This document shows, piece after piece, positions 39,601 to 49,563 of a stretch of 64,000 bases of DNA. Position 1 is the stretch's first letter. Every line of letters begins with the position of its first letter. The position numbers and the translations under genes are program-made. The stretch is from an uncultured Candidatus Saccharibacteria bacterium (GTDB taxonomy: Bacteria; Patescibacteriota; Minisyncoccia; Phycocordibacterales; UBA9973). The notes under the pieces are model-generated. The model had not been told where the DNA came from. It saw nothing but the letters and a program-made list of their open reading frames with translations, and did no database searches. The stretch lies in assembly GCA_964606285.1 (NCBI GenBank), contig CAZSFP010000001.1, positions 5,376 to 69,375 of the forward strand, in the 5' to 3' direction.

Positions 39601-40836
39601 CTACAGCTTCAAATTTCCATCTGCACGAATCGCAACAATTGTTTTGAATGTTTTTTTATATTGTTTTTTATTGTATTTGAATGCACCGACGATGGCGATC
39701 ATGAGTGCGTTGTCGGTCGCTAGTTCTCGTTCGGGAAAATAGATATCTGTCGCAATTTTTTCGTTAATCTCTTTTCGAAGATAGGTATTTGCTGCGACAC
39801 CACCACCGACAATGAGACTTTTTGCTTTTGCTGTTTTGACTGCTCTGTTTGTTTTGCTGACGAGGACTTCTATCGCCGCATCTTCGAATTCTCGTGCAAT
39901 CGCTTGTTTCATTCCGACATTCTCAAGAATGTCGGAATGTTCTTTTGTGAGATCGCGGATGAGGTAGAGTACTGCTGTTTTCAGACCAGAAAATGAGAAA
40001 TCGTAATCCCTACTCGCGATCATGGGACGAGGCAGAGAAAAAACAGATAATAGGTTAGAGGGATTAGGTGTTAGTGAATTTCGATTCAATGCAGCAAGCT
40101 TGGAAATTTCTGGACCACCGGGGTATGGGAGCCCGAGCATACGGGCGACTTTGTCAAAGGCTTCACCGACTGCGTCATCGCGGGTCTGACCGATGATTTT
40201 GTACTTCAAAAAATCTTTGACGTGAACGAGTTCAGTGTGACCGCCGGAAACAAGTAATGCTATAGCCGGAAACTGTATTTTGGGTGTTGTATACTTTTTA
40301 CTTTTTACTTTTAACTTTTTTACTTCTTTCTGTTCCTGTAAGAGAACGGAAAGTATATGTCCTTCCATGTGATTGACGGGAATGAGTGGTAGATCCCAAA
40401 AGATCGCGAGTGCTTTGGCAAATGAAAGTCCTACCCAGAGTGCCGGCTCGAGACCTGGTCCGTAGGTAACGGCGATCGCATCGAGTTTCGGTTTTTTGTA
40501 TTTGGAAAGTTCAGTAAGAAGAAATTCTACAAATTCTGGTTCTCTGATGAGAATTTCTTTGAGTTGTTTTTCTTTCTTTGAATCGATTGTTATCGGTTTT
40601 TTTTCCTGCTGATTCATGCCGGCTTCTTTGAGTGTTGCCAGAAATACAGTCGGCAGATTTTTTGTATGCTCGCGTTTTGCCATAGCGGGGAAGACACCGC
40701 CGTATTGCGCATGGATCGCTATCTGTGATGCGACCGTGTGGGCGAGTGTCGTAAAACGAAGTTTCGTACCGACCGCAGCATCGAGTATCGCTACAGATGT
40801 TTCGTCACAAGATGTTTCTATGGAGAGAATTTTCAT
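39601..40836 (-). CDS. tsaD: tRNA threonylcarbamoyltransferase
   Basis: IETSCDET, GPGL, HMEGH, LLVSGGHT, DDAVGEAFDK, FSFSGLKT, DNALMI. Confidence 0.98.
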   Translation of the reverse strand: MKILSIETSCDETSVAILDAAVGTKLRFTTLAHTVASQIAIHAQYGGVFPAMAKREHTKNLPTVFLATLKEAGMNQQEKKPITIDSKKEKQLKEILIREPEFVEFLLTELSKYKKPKLDAIAVTYGPGLEPALWVGLSFAKALAIFWDLPLIPVNHMEGHILSVLLQEQKEVKKLKVKSKKYTTPKIQFPAIALLVSGGHTELVHVKDFLKYKIIGQTRDDAVGEAFDKVARMLGLPYPGGPEISKLAALNRNSLTPNPSNLLSVFSLPRPMIASRDYDFSFSGLKTAVLYLIRDLTKEHSDILENVGMKQAIAREFEDAAIEVLVSKTNRAVKTAKAKSLIVGGGVAANTYLRKEINEKIATDIYFPERELATDNALMIAIVGAFKYNKKQYKKTFKTIVAIRADGNLKL

Positions 40837-40944
40837 CCCGTTAGAAGTAGATCACGACCAATGATCGTGTATCCACGTTTTTATTAAAGTTAATAATATT
40901 TTGTAATTTCATATAATTTTTCCCTGATCGTGACTTCTAACGGG
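40837..40944. mobile_element. MITE-like TIR element at the tsaD start codon
   Basis: Minus strand ATGAAT-CCCGTTAGAAGTCACGATCA...TCGTGATCTACTTCTAACGGG-ATGAAA. Confidence 0.8.
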
Positions 40945-41032
40945 ATTCATATACTTATTACATTACGATAGCATATTTCTTTGACTTCTGCCAATTTATA
41001 TGCTTTTATATAAAGAAAAAAAGTTCTCTAAC

Positions 41033-42292
41033 ATGGAAGAAAATCTTATAGATAAGTCTGTCATATTTGCAGCGCCCTCCGGTGCGGGTAAATCAACTAT
41101 TGTTAAAAATATAATGAAGTCATTTTATTCATATCTCGATGTCCAATTTGGATTTTCTGTATCACATACTACTCGTCCCAAAGGTGATAGTGAAATAGAT
41201 GGTGTTGATTATCATTTTATTAGCGCAGAAAAGTTTAATGAAATGATAGTTAATGGTGAATTTCTTGAATGGGAAGAAGTATATCCAGGAGGATTTTATG
41301 GAACCAGTAAAGCCGAAGTTGCTCGTATCAAATCATTGGGAAGTATTGCAGTATTTGATATAGATGTGGAAGGTGCACGAAAAATCAAAACAAAACTTGG
41401 CGATGCAGTAAAATACATTTTTGTAGAAGCTCCGTCCTTATTTGAACTCGAAAAACGAATTCGTGAGAGAGGAAGAGATAAAGAAGAAAGAATTATTCAG
41501 CGTATAGCAAAAGCACCCCATGAAATGGAACAGAAAATTTTTGCTGATGTTGTAGTCACAAACGATGATCTTCAAGAAGCACTGTTCGATACGATTCATA
41601 TCATAGCGAAATTTTTGGGTATCGATACGAACTCAGCAGCTTTCGGTCAGATGATATATGACCTCTTCAAAGAAAAACACAACAATACGCTTGTACTCAT
41701 AACAGGTATGACGAATTGCGGGAAAACAACACAAGGAAAACTTTTGAAAGAAAAATTTTTCCCCAATGCCCGTGTTGCCGACAGTGGTGATCTCGTTCGT
41801 GCATATCTCGCGTCTGATACAATTGATCCTGAAGACAAAGCGAAACATGATTCCGGTCAGGTTATCAATCCCGAAAAAGTTGCAGCTCTGTGGATGATGC
41901 ATTTGAAAAAAGCATTTCGTGCAGGAAGAATGATTATTCTTTCTGGTTCACCGCGTACAATGGCCGAAGCAGAAATAATTCTTGCTGAATGCAAAAAATA
42001 TGGATATACCATCATTTGTCTCACCGTTGATATATCAGAGGATGAAGCAATTCGAAGACTTACTGAAAGAAATAAAGTATCAGGGAGAATTGATACTCTT
42101 GATGAGATCTCTATCAGGAAGAAATTGGATCAAAATAGTGATATGAAAAGAGCGGAGGATCATCTGAAACAAAGTGAAATTGCCATTCTACGAACTGTTA
42201 CGGGTATGCAGCCGATAGAGTATGTGACAGTAGGTATGGATTATGCAATACAATCCACAGTAAATCAGGAAAAAATAGAGCAAGTAGGATAG
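41033..42292 (+). CDS. gmk: Guanylate kinase fused to an adenylate-kinase-like domain
   Basis: N-terminal APSGAGKST, SHTTRP, GVDYHF, YGT, DIDVEG; C-terminal GMTNCGKTTQ, SGDLVR, GSPRT, R.D. Confidence 0.85.
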   Translation: MEENLIDKSVIFAAPSGAGKSTIVKNIMKSFYSYLDVQFGFSVSHTTRPKGDSEIDGVDYHFISAEKFNEMIVNGEFLEWEEVYPGGFYGTSKAEVARIKSLGSIAVFDIDVEGARKIKTKLGDAVKYIFVEAPSLFELEKRIRERGRDKEERIIQRIAKAPHEMEQKIFADVVVTNDDLQEALFDTIHIIAKFLGIDTNSAAFGQMIYDLFKEKHNNTLVLITGMTNCGKTTQGKLLKEKFFPNARVADSGDLVRAYLASDTIDPEDKAKHDSGQVINPEKVAALWMMHLKKAFRAGRMIILSGSPRTMAEAEIILAECKKYGYTIICLTVDISEDEAIRRLTERNKVSGRIDTLDEISIRKKLDQNSDMKRAEDHLKQSEIAILRTVTGMQPIEYVTVGMDYAIQSTVNQEKIEQVG

Positions 42293-42377
42293 ATTTTCAT
42301 GAGAAAACAAAAAATCCGCACATAGATGCGGATTTTTTTTATTGGGAAAATAGATAGAGAATGATAAAATTGTTTGT

Positions 42378-42965
42378 ATGAATGCACACAAAGGAAAAAG
42401 ACTCTTTATTACAGGTATTCCAACGTCAGGGAAATCATATCTCGCACGGCAGCTTGCTGAGAAGGTTGGCGGTATCGCGGTATTACTCGATGATTTTCGA
42501 GAAAGTCTTGCAGAAAATGATCAGTATAAAAAATGGACAAATTTTTATCTTGATATGGATGAAAAAGAATATCTAACCACCACAAATCCTCTAAAACAAT
42601 GGGAAAATCTCGTAGTGCAATCTGAGGGGTTGTGGCCCGCTTTTTTAGAAAAGATAAATGAATATAAAGATGAAGAAAAACCAGTCATTTTTGAATGTGT
42701 GAATATACTTCCACATATCGCAAAGAAAGATTTAGATTTTCCCGGCATTGTGTTGATCGGAAAATCATATGAAGAAATACTTCAAAGAAACATACAAGAT
42801 CCTCGATGGGGTGAGACACTTGAGTTGCAAGAACTGGAATCAAAAACATTTTTTGAAATTGAAAGACCGCAGTATAAAGCAGAGGCAGAAAAATATGGAT
42901 ATCCAGTCTTTGAGGACTATGATCTGGCTTTTCAAAAAGCAGAGGATTTGATTTTAGGAAAATAA
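42378..42965 (+). CDS. P-loop kinase-like protein
   Basis: ITGIPTSGKS, LDDFR. Confidence 0.8.
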   Translation: MNAHKGKRLFITGIPTSGKSYLARQLAEKVGGIAVLLDDFRESLAENDQYKKWTNFYLDMDEKEYLTTTNPLKQWENLVVQSEGLWPAFLEKINEYKDEEKPVIFECVNILPHIAKKDLDFPGIVLIGKSYEEILQRNIQDPRWGETLELQELESKTFFEIERPQYKAEAEKYGYPVFEDYDLAFQKAEDLILGK

Positions 42966-43031
42966 ATACTATAAAGAAGCATATTGAAAAAATATGGATT
43001 TTGTAGTAATCTTAAAAAGTTATACAAAAAC

Positions 43032-43104
43032 GCGCGGTTAGCTCAGTTGGTAGAGCGTCCCCTTGACGTGGGGAAGGTCACAGGTTCGATTCCTGTATCG
43101 CGCA
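43032..43104 (+). tRNA. tRNA-Val(GAC)
   Basis: GCGCGGT/ATCGCGC acceptor; TCCCC-TTGACGT-GGGGA. Confidence 0.96.
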
Positions 43105-43296
43105 CATGATATAAAAAATCTAAGCAATTACGCTTAGGTTTTTTATATTACTCTGTCGGCAGGAATCTAACCGAAGGCGCCCATTTTTAATGAGTAAATT
43201 ACGAATATAAAAATGGAGCGTCTCGACCGGAGGAAGAGGTGATTCCTGTATCGCGCACAATAAAAAATCCCTCCAATGGGGGGGATTTTTATTTTT

Positions 43297-43644
43297 CTAT
43301 TTTCTGAGTTCACAGGAAAAATAGTATTCTTGTTCTTTTTTCTTTTTAGAATTATTTTTACTGTAAACAAAACCATAACTTTTAAGATTATTGAGAACAG
43401 TTCTTGTCGGTCTTTTGCTTGTTTTAAAACAAAGGGAAGTAATTGCGATATTTTTTTGTTTCTTTAAAAGATTCACAATATCATAGATACCTGCAAGTAA
43501 ATCCGTTTTGTATTCCAAATCTTTCCAATAATTTTTCTCATTTTTTCTGATGATCATATTGTCAGGACTATCGTCTGCTCGTTTCAAGACGGCATCACTC
43601 AATATTCCTGATAACATTTCGAGGGTAAGTTTGTTCTTTTTCAT
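43297..43644 (-). CDS. Hypothetical protein
   Basis: 115-aa AT-rich ORF. Confidence 0.6.
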   Translation of the reverse strand: MKKNKLTLEMLSGILSDAVLKRADDSPDNMIIRKNEKNYWKDLEYKTDLLAGIYDIVNLLKKQKNIAITSLCFKTSKRPTRTVLNNLKSYGFVYSKNNSKKKKEQEYYFSCELRK

Positions 43645-43720
43645 TTTTTTGTTTTAAACGATTTTCATCAGTGTATCACTGAATAATTGACTCGTCAAAT
43701 TTTATCTGGTATAGTCCACG

Positions 43721-44770
43721 ATGAAATTGTTCACTAAAAAATACCTCATGAAAAAGATTATTATAGCTGCGGTAACTACGTATAATCCATCTTTGGGTGG
43801 AACGCTCGGCAAACCTGTTGAGTGGGAAATAAATATAAAAAAATTTACTAAAGAATGGAAAGATAAAAGTGCTGCTGTAGCATTTTCTCTATTATCCGCT
43901 GCAGGTCATTTTATGAAAGAAATGAAGCTGGAAGACCGTTTGTCGCAAGGTGGAGATTTGTATGGTTATGAAATGAAAGTATTTTCAATGATAGATGATA
44001 TTGAAACAGCAGACATCAGGCAGATGCAGTCATATACTCAGATGATGTATGACACAACAGGGTCTTGGAAAGTGATTGATTTAACTGAAAACAGTGTGAA
44101 TGCTTTCAAGTTTACACTTGAATCGATCAAAGAACAGTCGCATCTATCTCAAAGTTTCTATCGTGAGGCATCACAGTACGTTCAGTTGTTTGAGCGTGCG
44201 AGATATATCTATGATGAGATGCAAAAGGGTGGCATAGAAGTGGTGATTACGGATTTTGTCACTGCACACTGTCTTCATATATTGCGGCCAGATGAATTTG
44301 ATATCTTCAATGATGTTCCATCTGGATATCCTGTTGAATCAGGAATTGTATATGTTCGCAGGCAATTTGAAAATTATCAGATATTCAATGCTTGGAAACT
44401 TGAAAATGCCATACCATTTCTTACAGGAACATGGGATGTTCAAAATCCCCAAAATGGCAGGTTTCAAATGTACGCTGTCGGATCGTTGGGACGAGGAAGA
44501 ATAAAAGGCATTGTTCATGATAAACATGGACTCGCGGTTTTTGCCGGAAGATTGGGAAAAACACAGATACATTTTGTAACACGGTATCTTGCAGGTGCTA
44601 TAAAAGCCGCAACGGGACCATTTGCCATCAATGACAGTCCTACATGGTACGGCTTTGATTTTGATACCAAAGACGGATATTATTCTCCGAAAACCAAAAA
44701 GGGGAGCAAAAAAGAGTATTTCAAAGCAAAGCTTTTAGGTAAAATAAATTCAGTGTTATTAGAAAAATAG
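43721..44770 (+). CDS. Hypothetical protein
   Basis: 349-aa ORF with TTGACT promoter and terminator; start may be 43748. Confidence 0.75.
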   Translation: MKLFTKKYLMKKIIIAAVTTYNPSLGGTLGKPVEWEINIKKFTKEWKDKSAAVAFSLLSAAGHFMKEMKLEDRLSQGGDLYGYEMKVFSMIDDIETADIRQMQSYTQMMYDTTGSWKVIDLTENSVNAFKFTLESIKEQSHLSQSFYREASQYVQLFERARYIYDEMQKGGIEVVITDFVTAHCLHILRPDEFDIFNDVPSGYPVESGIVYVRRQFENYQIFNAWKLENAIPFLTGTWDVQNPQNGRFQMYAVGSLGRGRIKGIVHDKHGLAVFAGRLGKTQIHFVTRYLAGAIKAATGPFAINDSPTWYGFDFDTKDGYYSPKTKKGSKKEYFKAKLLGKINSVLLEK

Positions 44771-44864
44771 AACATTAAAATAATCTTAAGGGATCTGTAA
44801 TTACAGATCCCTTAATTTTTGCATTTTTTTTAAAAAATGTTATATTGGTTTCTAGTTTCCACAT

Positions 44865-44936
44865 GGCCCCATCGTCTATCGGTTAGGACAACGGGTTTTC
44901 AATCCGTTAAGGCGAGTTCGACTCTCGCTGGGGTCA
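44865..44936 (+). tRNA. tRNA-Glu(TTC)
   Basis: GGCCCCA/TGGGGTC acceptor; ACGGG-TTTTCAA-TCCGT. Confidence 0.95.
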
Positions 44937-45152
44937 CAGCACTAAAAAGAACGCTTTGAATAGCGTTCTTTTTAGTGCTGTGAAGCCGCAAGTGCGACGG
45001 CACGAGGCGGGGTCGCGAAATTTTTCAGCAGAAAAATATTTGTGACCACACTATATTGATGTGCGGTAGCACACGATTTATTTATTGTATTTTATTTCTG
45101 TATTCTTGCATTTCCTAAAATCTATGGTATAGTCTGGAAAAATCTTTTTATC

Positions 45153-45629
45153 ATGATAAAAGCAAGAGGAGGAAAACGCGCAAAACGATATATTACAAGT
45201 TTTTATATAAAACAAATTGTTACTGTAGGAAAAATCACAGAAGAAGTAAAAGTTCGTGTATTGATTGATGATATGCGAAAAATACTGAAACAGTTTATTT
45301 CTGATATGCATTTTTCTATCATATATATTCATAAGGATGAATCATACGGATTCTCTGCGTTCTCTGCGAACAGAGAAAGGGAAATACGATTTTTTGTATA
45401 CAAAGAAATGCCGCTCATATTCTGTGATCTTCAAATGAAGATGTCGAGCAATGATACTGTTGCGGATTATATTGGAAACACAGCTCTCATTGATACACAA
45501 AAAAGAGATGTATATGAAGTACTGAGTTTGTCTCTTCGAAAAGAAGGAATCAAGATAGAAGATTTTTTCAACAAGAGAAAATTTGTTCTTATCCGGTTCT
45601 TGCAAGGTGATGACAGTCAAATAGAATAA
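45153..45629 (+). CDS. Hypothetical protein
   Basis: 158-aa AT-rich ORF with TTGCAT-17-TATAGT promoter. Confidence 0.65.
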   Translation: MIKARGGKRAKRYITSFYIKQIVTVGKITEEVKVRVLIDDMRKILKQFISDMHFSIIYIHKDESYGFSAFSANREREIRFFVYKEMPLIFCDLQMKMSSNDTVADYIGNTALIDTQKRDVYEVLSLSLRKEGIKIEDFFNKRKFVLIRFLQGDDSQIE

Positions 45630-45655
45630 GAGTAAAATAACCACGCTAGGCGTGG

Positions 45656-47080
45656 TTATTTTTTCTTTACCTCTGTTCCGTTGTCAGTATCTTTGATCAT
45701 ATACCCCTTCGCTTCTATTTCATCGCGGAGACGATCCGATTCGGACCAGTTCTTTTCCATTCGAGCAGTTGTACGTGCTGCAACGAGTTGTTTTATTTCT
45801 TCTGGAATTATGTCTTCAATCTGTGATTGACGAGCAAGATCAAAACCGAGAACTTTGTCGAAATCATCCAGTGTTGCTTTTTTGTCAGCTAGTGAAATGT
45901 TTGCATCTTTGATGAGGTCCCACATGACGGCAATCGCCTGGGGAATATTGAGATCGTCATTGATCGCACTGTTGAATTTTTCTTTGTATGAGAGATCGAT
46001 GGAGCCAGTAGTATCACCGAGATTTTTATATTGTTCAACGAGGCGGTTGAAAGCAGTCTGGCTCGCTGCGAGACCATCCCAGGTAAAGTTTTGTTTTGAC
46101 CGGTAGTGTGACTGACTAAAGAAATAACGGAGCGCCATCGGATTGAATCCTTTCGCCGTGATGTCGGCGATCGTATACGATGTGCCTTCAGATTTAGCCA
46201 TCTTTTTATTGTCGACAAGAAGGTGTTCATTGTGCAACCAGTAATGAACAAAATCAGTGTGATTAGCACAGACGGATTGAGCGATCTCGTTCGTATGATG
46301 AATCGGAATATGTTCAATACCTCCCATGTGAATATCAAAAGTATTTCCGAGGAAGTGTTTGCTCATCGCAGAGCATTCGATGTGCCAGCCGGGAAAGCCG
46401 CGACCGTTTTCAATGAGCGGGGAAGTGAATGGTGATTCCCATGTTTGGAGCGCATTGGCATGTGAGCCAGTCTTGAAAAACCAGAGGGCAAAATCGTGCG
46501 GGTTTTTTTTGGTTGTATCTGATATATCCCCATGACCAGTACCAGTTTCTTGGAATTCCAGTTTCTGACCGGAGAGTTTCGTATAGTCGTCATATTTTGA
46601 AACATCAAACCAGATTGCTGTGTCGGTCGCGTATGCAAATCCATCATCAAGGAGTTTTTTTACCATGTCGATCATGTCGGCGATGTGTTCTGTTGCGCGA
46701 GGTGTGTTCGTTGGTGGGAGGGTGTTCAAAAGGGTGATATCACGATTGTAGATATCGATGTATTTCTGGGCGATTGCATCAGGGCTGAGATTTTCTCGTT
46801 TTGCTGCTTTTTCCATGCGATCCTCACCGAGGTCAGCATCGCCAATGTTGTCGCCAGTAAGATGTCCAACATCGGTATAGTTGCGAACAAGGGTTACTGC
46901 ATAGTTGTTGTAGGAAAAAATACGTCGCGCGAAATCAACGATGACGACTGCACGCATGTTGCCGATATGTTGGGTCCAGTAGACGGTCGGACCGCAATGA
47001 TACATACCGATCTTGCCTGGTGTGATCGGGGTAAATAATTCTTTATTGCGGGTGAGTGTGTTGTAGAGATGGAGATCCAT
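45656..47080 (-). CDS. cysS: Cysteine--tRNA ligase
   Basis: CGPTVY..HIGN, GFPGWHIECSAM, DIHMGG, KMAKS. Confidence 0.99.
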   Translation of the reverse strand: MDLHLYNTLTRNKELFTPITPGKIGMYHCGPTVYWTQHIGNMRAVVIVDFARRIFSYNNYAVTLVRNYTDVGHLTGDNIGDADLGEDRMEKAAKRENLSPDAIAQKYIDIYNRDITLLNTLPPTNTPRATEHIADMIDMVKKLLDDGFAYATDTAIWFDVSKYDDYTKLSGQKLEFQETGTGHGDISDTTKKNPHDFALWFFKTGSHANALQTWESPFTSPLIENGRGFPGWHIECSAMSKHFLGNTFDIHMGGIEHIPIHHTNEIAQSVCANHTDFVHYWLHNEHLLVDNKKMAKSEGTSYTIADITAKGFNPMALRYFFSQSHYRSKQNFTWDGLAASQTAFNRLVEQYKNLGDTTGSIDLSYKEKFNSAINDDLNIPQAIAVMWDLIKDANISLADKKATLDDFDKVLGFDLARQSQIEDIIPEEIKQLVAARTTARMEKNWSESDRLRDEIEAKGYMIKDTDNGTEVKKK

Positions 47081-47083
47081 ATA

Positions 47084-47833
47084 TTAATAGAAGAATACGA
47101 GCAGTCCGGTCAGGGAAAGCAGTACTAGTATACTACAAATTTCGAGGAGGTAATACCGTTCTTTTTTCTTTCTGATCTGCCATTCTTTTTCGCGATCTGT
47201 AAAGTGTTTTTCATACTCTTTAATGAGTTCGGATGAGGTGATTTGTATTTGTTTTTTGTTTTCAAAATAAGGAATAACAGTTTCGCTATACAATCGAACC
47301 AAAGATTTTTCTGCGGATAACAGTGCCGCGAGATATTTCATCATACCGGTTTCTAGTTGGAGAAACATATTTTTCATGTCGGACAATGTCTTTTTGCCGA
47401 GCGGCAGCGTCGCTATTTCCTGTACGTCTTTTTTTAATGATTCATATCCTCGATCAAAGAGTTCAAATGCGAGATGTCCCGCGTGTGTCGTCTCTATTTT
47501 CGGATGATCGCGGTGCATGGATTCGAGTTCTGCACGCAATGTTTGATACGATTCGCGTGCATCACTGTGAATCGTGATGATAGACCTCTCGCTGAGAAGG
47601 TATGTTGTCGGTTGGATATGTATGACACCGTTTTTTTCTACAGGCAGAGATATAATGACGAGAACACTCGCTGGATAGTCCTTGATCATGAATGTCGCTG
47701 GGGTTTTTACTGTTGCGATGTCTACTCGATCGATCCATTGTTCGAGAGCGAGTGTGAGCTCATCATCAGACGGCGATTCGAGATCGGTCCATAGTACTGA
47801 TTTGTAATGGCACGTGGTCATCATATAGGGCAA
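47084..47833 (-). CDS. Divergent CorA-like protein
   Basis: WTDLESP..DEL and IITIH cytoplasmic-domain motifs; one C-terminal TM; no GMN motif. Confidence 0.55.
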   Translation of the reverse strand: MPYMMTTCHYKSVLWTDLESPSDDELTLALEQWIDRVDIATVKTPATFMIKDYPASVLVIISLPVEKNGVIHIQPTTYLLSERSIITIHSDARESYQTLRAELESMHRDHPKIETTHAGHLAFELFDRGYESLKKDVQEIATLPLGKKTLSDMKNMFLQLETGMMKYLAALLSAEKSLVRLYSETVIPYFENKKQIQITSSELIKEYEKHFTDREKEWQIRKKKERYYLLEICSILVLLSLTGLLVFFY

Positions 47834-47957
47834 GTATATCGTAATTGGGTAAATAAAAACACTGCATGACGTATTGTATGCAGCGCTCGGTTCCAGAGAA
47901 CCTATTCTTTTTTAATTATATCGATAAAAATGAGACAAATATCAACCGAAGAAAAAT

Positions 47958-49388
47958 TTACCTGTAATCGTACAGCACTACCGATCCATCAGTAAAGATT
48001 TGATATATCGGATCCGTAACTGTTATAACAGTTTTCTTCTTTTTCTTTTCAAATGGATATTTCATGTCCGGTATTTTTTGAGTATCCACCGTAACAATGC
48101 CAGTTATCTGTCCAAATGCACATACTGTATCAGAAAACACATGAAAGGGAGTTATTCCATCAAATTGCATAGAATACATCTGTTTTCCAAGCTGATTTGC
48201 ATGAGCGTGTTTCCCATTCTGAAATGTCACAATAGATAATCCGTAGTGCGGACCTTCAACTCTTTTAAACTCTGTTTTACGAATAGTATCAGACATCATA
48301 TCTATTACATTCCAGAGAGTATCTGTTCCGGTTACTTTGCAAACAAAGGCGGTGCCCATGTCCGTCACTGGTAATACAGTATCGTACGCGGCAGTATACA
48401 TCGGTTTGTTGTTTTCTTTCATGATGTGATACATACCAGTTTTGCTATTTCCTACCGGGATAATTTCTGATGCAATGAGTGCTGTATCAGTGTATTGTAT
48501 TTCAATTTTTGTTGAAATTGGAATTTTTTCAGTTGCAACTGATTTTTCTTCAACCGCAATTTTTGTTTCTGTTGGTTGAATTTCAGTATTTTCTACCACT
48601 TCACGCATGCGTTCTTCTTCATCAAAGACAGGGTGTAATACCGGTGCAATGATGGGAACAACAGTGTCTGCTTGTGCAGTTGCTGTTGTATCGCTGATAG
48701 GAATTTCTGCTTCAGTCTTTTCATTATCTTTCTGCAACTTTCTCCATTTTTTTACTTCTCTCACGTCAGTGACCAGTGATGCGGTCATCGAATGTATTTC
48801 CTGTTGTGAAAAGATTCTTTCCATCTCTTTCACTTCTATATTTTGGATTTCAATCACCGGCAACTTTGTGAACTCAACGGAAACGAGTGTTTCAGTTTGA
48901 TTCATTGTTGCAGTATTTGAAGAAATTGGAATTTCTTTTTTAATGGTAACAAATGAAGATTCATCTGTTTTTGTTTCCTGTACTTTTTTTGCAGGTACCA
49001 CTACGGCAGGTTGTTTTTCTTTTACTGCTGTTTTTTTCTGTTCAATTTTTTTTGATTGTTCCTGTTTTTTGACAGGCACAGAAACTTTTGCAGGTTGTGG
49101 AACAGAAACTTCTACAGCTTTTTCTTTCGCTGTTATCTTGTCAGTTTCTTTCTTCAATACTTCTGCTTGTTTCAAATGAAAATCAATAGAGTCCATTTTT
49201 TTCTGGGTTAAACCAGATACAGTAGAATTTTCTTCTTTAGTAATTCCATTTGTTTGTTCAACAGTAGGGGAAGTAGCTTTCACTTTTTCTGCTGTTTGAA
49301 AGTAGGACATTGCGAACAATGCTGATACTACCAATCCAACAATTAATACGATAGATGTTTTCCACCATGATTTTTTTGATTTTGCCAT
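47958..49388 (-). CDS. Membrane-anchored surface protein with low-complexity stalk and WG-repeat-like C-terminus
   Basis: N-terminal TM; K/E/T/V-rich linker; GLSIV..NGK.....GK....FD.ITPF. Confidence 0.6.
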   Translation of the reverse strand: MAKSKKSWWKTSIVLIVGLVVSALFAMSYFQTAEKVKATSPTVEQTNGITKEENSTVSGLTQKKMDSIDFHLKQAEVLKKETDKITAKEKAVEVSVPQPAKVSVPVKKQEQSKKIEQKKTAVKEKQPAVVVPAKKVQETKTDESSFVTIKKEIPISSNTATMNQTETLVSVEFTKLPVIEIQNIEVKEMERIFSQQEIHSMTASLVTDVREVKKWRKLQKDNEKTEAEIPISDTTATAQADTVVPIIAPVLHPVFDEEERMREVVENTEIQPTETKIAVEEKSVATEKIPISTKIEIQYTDTALIASEIIPVGNSKTGMYHIMKENNKPMYTAAYDTVLPVTDMGTAFVCKVTGTDTLWNVIDMMSDTIRKTEFKRVEGPHYGLSIVTFQNGKHAHANQLGKQMYSMQFDGITPFHVFSDTVCAFGQITGIVTVDTQKIPDMKYPFEKKKKKTVITVTDPIYQIFTDGSVVLYDYR

Positions 49389-49563
49389 TTTTCTCGATTT
49401 TTAAGGTTCAACAGTATAGGTCGGTAAGGACCCGTTTATTTCAAAGGTATACTATCACACTTTGTTCAAAAGTCAAGGATTCTCAATAGGGAAATAATGC
49501 TTATTTCATAAGGCTGGTTTATACCCTTGCTTTTTTCTGATAAATGTATAGAATACGGTGATT

